From: Pseudomonadota bacterium
GTDB taxonomy: Bacteria > Bdellovibrionota > FAC87 > UBA2466
Length of the DNA stretch: 11,005 bases
Direction: 5' to 3'
Assembly (NCBI GenBank): GCA_043767805.1
Contig: JAYUGC010000132.1
Span: 1 to 11,005 of the forward strand
Shown: positions 1 to 6,034 of the stretch, piece after piece
How positions within the stretch are numbered: the first letter of the stretch is position 1
Layout of the letters: every line of letters begins with the position of its first letter
Position numbers and translations under genes: made by a program
Notes under the pieces: generated by a model
Told to the model about the DNA's origin: nothing
The model's input: only the letters and a program-made list of their open reading frames with translations
The model's database searches: none

Positions 1-2
1 AT

Positions 3-374
3 CTCGTGGGTGATATCAGCAAGCAGTTCGCCGAAGGCGGAGAGCTGAAAGAGACCCTAAAGAATCTCAACTCTCTCATGAAGAACTTGAACAACCTGAC
101 CAGCGACATCCGGCACCAGAAGGGCCTCTTGAATGCCCTGGTGTACGGCAACGCAGGTCCCAAGCTGGACAACTCCATGGCGAGCCTCGAGCTCATCATG
201 AAGAAGATCGAGCGCGGCGACGGCACCCTGGGCTCTCTCATCAACGATCCGACGGTCTACGAAGACTTAAAGAGCCTTCTCGGCGGCGCGAAACGCAGCA
301 ACGTCCTGAAGTACTTCATGCGAAGCTTCATCGAGGACGGCGAGAAGAAGCCGGAAGAGCCCAAGAAGAAGTAA
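3..374 (+). CDS. MlaD/MCE-family protein, C-terminal helical part (5'-truncated by window edge)
   Basis: Frame is open from the window start to TAA at 372-374. Heptad-like helical repeats (LKNLNSLMKNLNNLTSDI) and the motifs KGLLNALVY and IERGDGTLGSLINDPTVYEDLKSLLGG resemble MCE/MlaD C-termini. The MCE domain itself is outside the window. Confidence 0.75.
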   Translation, partial: LVGDISKQFAEGGELKETLKNLNSLMKNLNNLTSDIRHQKGLLNALVYGNAGPKLDNSMASLELIMKKIERGDGTLGSLINDPTVYEDLKSLLGGAKRSNVLKYFMRSFIEDGEKKPEEPKKK

Positions 375-385
375 ATCTGAAGGTC

Positions 386-1753
386 CTACGCGGTTATCCG
401 CAGGCCCTTGCGCTTCAGCTTTTCGACCAGCGTCGTGCGATTGAGACCGAGTAGGCTCGCCGCCTGATTCTTGTTTCCGTCCGTGCGCTGGAGTGCCTGA
501 AGGATGAGCTCATTTTCGAACTCGTTGACCGCGATATTGAAGTCGAGTCCCGTTTCGGGAAGCTCCACGTTCGCCACGAAGCGGTCCAAGCGGATGTTCT
601 TGAAGTGCTTCACCGGAATGTCTTTTAGCTCTACGATGCCCGACTCACGCTTCAAGACCACCACGCGCTCCATGAGATTCTCGAGCTCGCGGATGTTTCC
701 GGGCCAGTGGTACTCGGTAAGGCTTAGCATCGCCTCTTCGGAAATCCCTGGAATGTTTTTTTGATTCTGTTTGGCGAATTTTTCCAGAAAGTGGAAAGCA
801 AGGAGCGGGATATCCGACTTGCGGCTGCGCAGCGGCGGCAAGAACACGGGGATGACATTCAAGCGGTAGAAAAGATCTTCGCGGAACCGCTTCTCGGCCA
901 CCGCGGTTTCCAGGTCTTGGTTCGTTGCCGCAATGATCCGCGCTTCCAAGGTCAGGCTGTGCGGGCTGCCCACCGCTTCGTAAACCCGGTTTTGGATGGC
1001 CCGCAGGATTTTCGCCTGCAAGTCGAAAGGCAAATCGCTTATCTCATCGAGAAAAAGCGTGCCGGAGCCGGCGAGCTGGAAACGGCCTACGCGATTCTGG
1101 GTCGCGCCCGTGAAGGCACCCTTCACATGACCGAACAATTCACTCTCGAGTAGCGTGCCGGGAATGGCACCGCAGTTCACGGCTACCCAAGGCTGCTTGC
1201 GACGGGGACTCAAGTCGTGGATAGCCCGCGCCACGACTTCCTTACCCGTGCCGCTTTCGCCCGTAATAAGCACCGTGGACTCCGTGCCGCGGATACTCAT
1301 GATGAGCTGGAAGATTTCCAGAATCTTGGGGTGCTTGCCCACGAACTGGGCGAAGGGAAAGTCGAGCTCCCCTTCCAGCACCGAGTCGGGCAGGACGCGC
1401 GCGAGGGTTTCATCGACGACCGCGTCAAACAGGTCAGGCGCTTGACGCCCATCGAAGTAATTCGACGCGCCCGAGCGAATGCAGGCCACGATGCGATTCG
1501 GCAAAACCGAGTCGCTCATCGCGAGCACCGCCGCACTTGGGCGCGCCTGTTTGATGCGCGCCAAGTCGGCGATGTCCGAGTCCTCTTTCACGCGCCAGAG
1601 ACACATGTGGAAGAGCTGGTTTTGGATGAGCTTCAACGCTTCCGCTTTATCGCCCACCGCCACCACCCAAAGGTGCTTGGCTTGGAGGCGCTCGGTAAAC
1701 GCGGCGCGATTTTCAGAGTCAGGCTCGTAAATGAGAACGCGGCTCGTCGGCAC
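386..1753 (-). CDS. Sigma54-dependent transcriptional activator (NtrC/FleQ-like): degenerate receiver + AAA+ + Fis-type HTH
   Basis: 455 aa. Walker A GESGTGKE, ESELFGHVKGAFTGA, Walker B LFLDEI, FREDLFYRLNV, WPGNIRELEN, and HTH GNKNQAASLLGLNRTTLVEKLKR. GTG start. Confidence 0.95.
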   Translation of the reverse strand: MPTSRVLIYEPDSENRAAFTERLQAKHLWVVAVGDKAEALKLIQNQLFHMCLWRVKEDSDIADLARIKQARPSAAVLAMSDSVLPNRIVACIRSGASNYFDGRQAPDLFDAVVDETLARVLPDSVLEGELDFPFAQFVGKHPKILEIFQLIMSIRGTESTVLITGESGTGKEVVARAIHDLSPRRKQPWVAVNCGAIPGTLLESELFGHVKGAFTGATQNRVGRFQLAGSGTLFLDEISDLPFDLQAKILRAIQNRVYEAVGSPHSLTLEARIIAATNQDLETAVAEKRFREDLFYRLNVIPVFLPPLRSRKSDIPLLAFHFLEKFAKQNQKNIPGISEEAMLSLTEYHWPGNIRELENLMERVVVLKRESGIVELKDIPVKHFKNIRLDRFVANVELPETGLDFNIAVNEFENELILQALQRTDGNKNQAASLLGLNRTTLVEKLKRKGLRITA

Positions 1754-1871
1754 AGTGAAGTCTTCCGTTCCGCAATATTCCGCACCGGGCCGAACGTACC
1801 TAGGCCTAAGGTCGGAGTATGCTTTTCGAGTTTAATTATTGGGAAATATTGAGCAAGAGGACTACTCTTTA

Positions 1872-1900
1872 ATTTTAAGAGCGTCGCCTAATCTTGTCAA
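1872..1900 (-). promoter_or_regulatory. Sigma70-type promoter for the sigma54 activator gene
   Basis: Minus strand TTGACA (1900-1895), 17-nt spacer, TAAAAT (1877-1872), in an AT-rich intergenic tract about 120 nt upstream of the GTG at 1753. Confidence 0.75.
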
Positions 1901-1909
1901 TGTATTGAC
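1896..1909. promoter_or_regulatory. Palindromic operator GTCAA-N4-TTGAC (FleQ-box-like) overlapping the -35 element
   Basis: GTCAATGTATTGAC has perfect 5-bp arms and resembles the Pseudomonas FleQ consensus GTCaNTAAAtTGAC as recalled. Confidence 0.55.
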
Positions 1910-1931
1910 GGGAATTCTGTTTTTTGTCGGC

Positions 1932-1955
1932 CTCGTGAGGGAATTTTTTCACGAG
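1932..1955. other. Inverted repeat immediately downstream of the beta-barrel remnant stop codon (possible terminator-like hairpin)
   Basis: CTCGTGA-N10-TCACGAG. No U-tract follows on the minus strand, so it is not a canonical intrinsic terminator. Confidence 0.3.
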
Positions 1956-1956
1956 C

Positions 1957-2155
1957 TCAGAGCGGATAGCTGGCGGCGAAATAAATGCCGAGCATGGTTT
2001 GAATCGCGCTGAAAGGAAGGCGAGTTGCTGAAAGCTTGGCCGCGGCCCACGCCCTTCGAGTACACGAGCCCGAAAGTAATCGAAGTCCCGGACCGATACA
2101 TGCTACCCGCAAAAGTCGCGCCGATTTGATCGACCTTCACTTCTTGATTCTGCGG
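1957..2155 (-). pseudogene. C-terminal remnant of a probable outer-membrane beta-barrel protein (FadL/OmpP1-like), frameshifted
   Basis: Reads PQNQEVKVDQIGATFAGSMYRSGTSITFGLVYSKGVGRGQAFSNSPSF (alternating amphipathic strands). After a frame change near 2010 it reads AIQTMLGIYFAASYPL* (TGA 1959-1957), which resembles a terminal beta-signal strand. No N-terminus or signal peptide. The upstream (high-coordinate) boundary is uncertain (about 2150-2205). Confidence 0.5.
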
Positions 2156-2601
2156 GAATGCAGAGCCGCAGCCAGAAGGTTTCGAGAAATAACCTGGCCG
2201 CATAGACGAGCGTCCCGGAAAGACCCAGATAGATCAGGTTCACAGGGCGGGACGATTTTCAGAAAATCTTGTGTGAGAATATTGGAGATGGCGGCGGCGT
2301 GAATCAGAGAGCCCGGCACCGCTGAGCGAATGGGCGTGGCTTTCAGATCTTCGAGCCCCACGGCGCTCGCGCCGACGATGACGACTCGTTCCTTGAACTC
2401 CTCGGGGCGAACCAGCGCCTTCTCCGAAGCCTTTCCGCGCACGCAATCGAGCGCCGCCGACAGAATGGGGCCGACGGAAAAGATCTCGGGCTCTTTGTCG
2501 GCGCGGTAATAATGAATGGGGAGCTTTCCCGAGGCACCCACTGGGATGGCAAAATCCTCGCCCCCTTTTCCCACTACGTGGAGGGAAGGACTTAGGCTCT
2601 T
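2156..2601 (-). pseudogene. CHASE2-domain sensor (adenylate/guanylate cyclase- or kinase-type) fragment, 5'-truncated, frameshifted and 3'-deleted
   Basis: IPVGASGKLPIHYY...FKERVVIVGASAVGLEDLKATPIRSAVPGSLIHAAAISNILTQDFL matches the second half of CHASE2. An in-frame TAG lies at 2604-2602 and no RBS is visible. A frameshift near 2244 continues as a hydrophobic helix VNLIYLGLSGTLVYAARLFLETFWLRLCIP. There is no output domain. Confidence 0.8.
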
Positions 2602-2605
2602 CTAA

Positions 2606-3781
2606 TTATAGCTCTAGGCGAGTTCCTTGCTTGCCCAAAGAAAAGGGATTCGCGAGGAATTTGGCTATCCAGGGAGCAATCAGGCGCGCCGCGCGCTCGC
2701 CCGCGATAAGATCCACGTGGCTGGTTCGGCGCACGAGCATTTTCCAGGTAGGCCCGTGGGCGGCATGGCGCTCGGCGGCGTCCATTACGTCCTGCCATGG
2801 GGCAAGCCCATCATACTCGCCCGCGATGAAAAACATCGGAACGTGAATGGCTTCCGCCTTGGAGAAGTCGAACCCTTGCCTCGAGAGCACGTCACCGTGG
2901 TTCATCCAACGCTGAATGTCGCGCACCAAGTCGACGTGCACTTTCGAAACGCCCTTCTGAAGCAGTCGAGGCAACTCCCCCGTGAGAGGATTAAAATTGG
3001 TCACGTTCAAGAAGCCGCGAGCGACCGCGTTCGCAGTGAGCCCGCCCACGATTTTAGAAAAGGCCGAGTGACGTATCTTTCCGAAAAGTTTGGGCGTGTC
3101 CGGCACGGTGGGCGCTCGGTGCGCGTCCGGAATGGGCACGCCCGAATGAAACCATTCCACCACGGGCCCCGGACTTTTCAGAAGTAAGCGGATGGCGGTC
3201 GAACAATTGCGAAAATGAGGAGGGCTTCCCATGAGCACCAGCGCGCTTACTTTTTCTCCGGCGAGGATTCGGGACCGCGCGAGATCCACGACGAGCGCGC
3301 CTTTGGCATCCAGTCTCACTCCGGCTAAATACGCGCGCGCGGCGATACCGCCCATGGAATGCGCCACCAAAGCCACCTTGCGGCCGGTGTTCGCCACTAC
3401 GTAATCGACTAGGGCCGGAAAATCTTCCACCGCCATGGCATCGAAAGAGTAGGCGCCCTCGCCTCCCGCGGCACTCGATCGATGGGCTCCCTTCCCGTGG
3501 CCTCGCAAGTTCGGCATCCAGACATCGAAGCCGCGCTCGTAGAGCGCGTAACCCATTTCCCGCCAGTTGCGCGAGTTGCCTGAGTATCCGTGGATGAGAA
3601 GCACCGGAGGAAAACCCGGATTGCGGTAGCGAATCCCCTTCCAGACGAGACCGGGACGATTCACTTCCCATTCCTCGGCCGAGGGATGTTTTACGGCCGG
3701 CTTTTTTCGGCGCAGCCATAGCGCGACGCCCACGAGAGCTAATAGACCGAGACCGAGGAAAATGGCGGTAAGCAAAGACAT
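2606..3781 (-). CDS. Alpha/beta-fold hydrolase (lipase/esterase-like) with N-terminal membrane anchor
   Basis: Start reassigned to ATG 3781 (MSLLTAIFLGLGLLALVGVALWLRRKK). Motifs PVLLIHGYS, GFDVWMPNLRGHG, nucleophile elbow AHSMGG, Asp in GEYDGLAP, His in TSHVDL. Confidence 0.9.
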   Translation of the reverse strand: MSLLTAIFLGLGLLALVGVALWLRRKKPAVKHPSAEEWEVNRPGLVWKGIRYRNPGFPPVLLIHGYSGNSRNWREMGYALYERGFDVWMPNLRGHGKGAHRSSAAGGEGAYSFDAMAVEDFPALVDYVVANTGRKVALVAHSMGGIAARAYLAGVRLDAKGALVVDLARSRILAGEKVSALVLMGSPPHFRNCSTAIRLLLKSPGPVVEWFHSGVPIPDAHRAPTVPDTPKLFGKIRHSAFSKIVGGLTANAVARGFLNVTNFNPLTGELPRLLQKGVSKVHVDLVRDIQRWMNHGDVLSRQGFDFSKAEAIHVPMFFIAGEYDGLAPWQDVMDAAERHAAHGPTWKMLVRRTSHVDLIAGERAARLIAPWIAKFLANPFSLGKQGTRLEL

Positions 3782-3883
3782 AACCAGTCGCTCAAGTATA
3801 AACGAAGCGACGTTTTTCGCACGGGTGCCGCCGAAGAACGTCCCTTTTGGCTCAGTTTGACTGAAACCTGCGCACGAGACGAA

Positions 3884-3899
3884 TGGCACCGAACTTGTA
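3884..3899 (+). promoter_or_regulatory. Candidate sigma54 (-24/-12) promoter for the Pal-like gene
   Basis: TGGCAC-CGAAC-TTGTA has the correct GG-N10-G spacing, but GT replaces the canonical GC at -12. It lies 43 nt upstream of the ATG, with a GGAGG RBS in between. Confidence 0.4.
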
Positions 3900-3942
3900 G
3901 TAGTAGCTTTCGCCCCAAGAGAAGAGAGAGGTCGGGAGGAAT

Positions 3943-4446
3943 ATGCCTATGCGCAAATATTTTTGGTCCGTTGCCATTGCTTTGCTTGCCACCGTTTTGT
4001 CTTGCAGCCAAAAGGATCGCCTGGAGAACGCCGACATCTTGAGTCTCTCCAAGGAGGGACGCGGAGCCGTGCTGATCGATGGTGAAGCCGGAGCTTCCGA
4101 AGGCGTCGATTTGAAAGCCGTGTTTTTTGATTACGACAAAGCCGTGCTCAAAGCCGAGGGCAAGCGCGTGCTCGAAGCGCACGCTGCCTGGCTGAAAAAG
4201 CATCCGAAAACGCAGGTGCAAATCGAAGGCTCCTGCGATGAGCGCGGCTCCGAGGACTACAATATGAAGCTCGGCCAAAAGCGGGCCGCCGCCGCAAAAG
4301 CCTTTCTAGCTAGTCTTGGCATCGAAGATTCCCGAGTGTCCGTAGTGAGCCATGGCCGGCTCCCCGGATCCAAACCCCGAGTCCGCGCGCAAAACCGCCG
4401 CGGCGCCTTCGTCGTCTATTACGTAGACGATCAAACGACGAAGTAA
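3943..4446 (+). CDS. Pal-like peptidoglycan-associated lipoprotein (OmpA C-terminal domain)
   Basis: Lipoprotein signal MRKYFWSVAIALLATVLSC. Motifs VFFDYDKAVL, VQIEGSCDERGSEDYNMKLGQKRA and AQNRR. RBS GGAGG upstream. Start is ATG 3943 or 3949. Confidence 0.9.
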   Translation: MPMRKYFWSVAIALLATVLSCSQKDRLENADILSLSKEGRGAVLIDGEAGASEGVDLKAVFFDYDKAVLKAEGKRVLEAHAAWLKKHPKTQVQIEGSCDERGSEDYNMKLGQKRAAAAKAFLASLGIEDSRVSVVSHGRLPGSKPRVRAQNRRGAFVVYYVDDQTTK

Positions 4447-4450
4447 AACC

Positions 4451-4527
4451 GCCAAAAGATGTGTGGATACTTTTAGCTCCGGCAAAAATCGATCTAGCGT
4501 CAGCTAAAAGGTAGGTACCTTTTGGCT
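4451..4527. repeat. Four-arm inverted/direct repeat array in the convergent intergenic gap
   Basis: GCCAAAAG (4451-4458), CTTTTAGCT (4470-4478), AGCTAAAAG (4502-4510), CTTTTGGC (4519-4526). Confidence 0.7.
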
Positions 4528-4532
4528 TTTTT
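4502..4532 (+). terminator. Probable intrinsic terminator of the Pal-like gene (hairpin may also act on the convergent operon)
   Basis: AGCTAAAAGGTA-GG-TACCTTTTGGCT stem (one G:U pair) running into a T-tract at 4527-4532. Confidence 0.6.
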
Positions 4533-5268
4533 AGATGGGGCCGAGCCAGTCGATTAGGCCCGTGCCCGACCAATGGCCGAAGGACGTGAGATCGAGCTTC
4601 GGCCGCACTACCTGACGCCACGTCGCCAGCATCTTCCAGAGACGGATGTCGTCGAGAATTAAAATCATCGGCTTTTTGAAATGAAGCTTCTCGAGATTCG
4701 CGAGAAAGAGTGGCTCGAAACGGCCGTCCTTTGGAGCGTCCGCGAAGATCATGTCGGCCTGCTCAAGCCGAGGCGCATGCTTCGCGAAGACCGCCGGATC
4801 GCTCAAGTCTCCAATCCAATGGGTGAGCCGCCCGTCCGTGAAATCGGAATCCTTCAAACAAGTGCCGCCAATTTCCTTCCATGGCACTATGTCGAAGGTC
4901 GCGACCTCTCCGTCGGAAGGCAGAAACTTCTTCATGGCTAAAGCCGAGAGCCCCTGGTGGGTTCCAATCTCGACGACGAGCTGCGGCCGCTCGATTTTCA
5001 CGAGAGCGGCCAAGAGCCGGTAGTGCTCGCCCGGCCAGATGTCCGGATAGTGCAACGGCTCTTTCATCCGGCTGCTGACATCCAGCAGATCCAGCTCCGC
5101 CGCCGCACCGATGGCTTTGGCCGCCAAATCGAGAAGTCGCTTCGACGGACGGCCCGGATCGTCATCCGCGCTGACGATCATCGAGTACTCGGCGTGCCGC
5201 GCGGTCAGCGGCGGCTCGAGAAGACGGCGGAGCAGACCTGCCTTAAACCGAGCAAAAGAAAGATCCAT
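4531..5268 (-). CDS. Class I SAM-dependent methyltransferase (Methyltransf_24 / O-methyltransferase-like)
   Basis: 245 aa. Motif I VVEIGTHQGLSA, TFDI, DMIFADAPKDG, LILDDI. GGAGG upstream of the ATG. Confidence 0.88.
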   Translation of the reverse strand: MDLSFARFKAGLLRRLLEPPLTARHAEYSMIVSADDDPGRPSKRLLDLAAKAIGAAAELDLLDVSSRMKEPLHYPDIWPGEHYRLLAALVKIERPQLVVEIGTHQGLSALAMKKFLPSDGEVATFDIVPWKEIGGTCLKDSDFTDGRLTHWIGDLSDPAVFAKHAPRLEQADMIFADAPKDGRFEPLFLANLEKLHFKKPMILILDDIRLWKMLATWRQVVRPKLDLTSFGHWSGTGLIDWLGPI

Positions 5269-5287
5269 GATGAGCGGGCCTCCCCAA

Positions 5288-6031
5288 TCAGTTGACGCCG
5301 AAAAGCATGCCCCCGGAGAGCGTGCACACTCCCGTGGTCTCGACGACAGAAGATAGATAGTTCGAATAAATAGTGATGTCGCCCGGGACCTGCAAGGCGC
5401 CGGGAAGTGTCAGGACCTGATTGGGAGCCACGCGTCGGCGTGAGAGGACTTGCGCCGGATCGGTGCTCGCAAACAGCGTCACGATGTTCATCTCGGGGGC
5501 GGCCAAGGTTCCCGTCGCGGAAATGAAATCCCCGGCGAGGTCTTTCCAGGTATTCGCGTCGGACTGACCTTGATGATAGCCGTCGTACGTATACTCCGTT
5601 TCGACGGAAGCACATTTAGAGGAAGCTCCGACGGCGGCCGCGTCCGGCTTGAACCGGAGCCCGTCTCCGACGATAAGCACCGCGCAGGGATAATCGGAAG
5701 CGGCCGGATTACCGCTAAAGAGGGTCGGCTTTGTGTAGAACTCCTTCACCAAGGGATCCGAGCCATAGTCGATGAGCGGGATGGGAGTCGCGCAGTCCGC
5801 GGTGGTCCCTAGATAGAAAGCATAGATCGGAACCCGTAAAGCACTGGGGCTGCCGATGGCCCGCAAATCGAATCGCTCTTCCAAATCATCCAACGGAGAG
5901 CCAAAGAGACGAGTGACGGGCTTAGGAGCGGAGCTCGAATAGACAATAAAGCTATAGAGAGGAGAGGTCGTGCAGCCCGTAAACGCAATCCCGACCATCC
6001 AACCCAGCCAACGTGAGACTAATTTCGGCAC
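5288..6031 (-). CDS. Hypothetical lipoprotein
   Basis: 247-aa ORF packed between its neighbours (3 nt and 19 nt gaps). N-terminal MPKLVSRWLGWMVGIAFTGC is lipobox-like. Four further Cys. No recognised domain. Confidence 0.75.
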   Translation of the reverse strand: MPKLVSRWLGWMVGIAFTGCTTSPLYSFIVYSSSAPKPVTRLFGSPLDDLEERFDLRAIGSPSALRVPIYAFYLGTTADCATPIPLIDYGSDPLVKEFYTKPTLFSGNPAASDYPCAVLIVGDGLRFKPDAAAVGASSKCASVETEYTYDGYHQGQSDANTWKDLAGDFISATGTLAAPEMNIVTLFASTDPAQVLSRRRVAPNQVLTLPGALQVPGDITIYSNYLSSVVETTGVCTLSGGMLFGVN

Positions 6032-6034
6032 GGA

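Noticed and set aside
504..1852. Several plus-strand ORFs (504-764, 761-1153, 1155-1445, 1217-1852, 1479-1730)
   Set aside because: Antisense shadows of the sigma54 activator, as expected in GC-rich DNA, with no recognisable motifs.
1754..1865. About 110-nt 5' leader of the activator as a possible riboswitch (e.g. c-di-GMP)
   Set aside because: No GEMM-like or other recognisable aptamer motifs. Only a short imperfect palindrome (ACCTAGGCCTAAGGT) and a TTCCGCA direct repeat are present.
2254..2268. Perfect inverted repeat GATTTTC-A-GAAAATC
   Set aside because: It lies within CHASE2-coding sequence (DFLKI) and has a 1-nt loop, so it is probably chance.
1949..2574. ORFs 1949-2203 and 2137-2574 as intact small genes
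   Set aside because: Better explained as frameshifted fragments. They lack an RBS, and their ends lose protein-like character where an alternative frame continues sensibly.
3782..3889. N-terminal extension of the hydrolase to GTG 3889
   Set aside because: It spans the divergent promoter region. ATG 3781 places the TM anchor at the N-terminus.
3739..4621. Minus-strand ORFs 3739-4278 and 4310-4621
   Set aside because: Antisense to the clearly real Pal-like gene or out of frame with the methyltransferase, with no domain signal.
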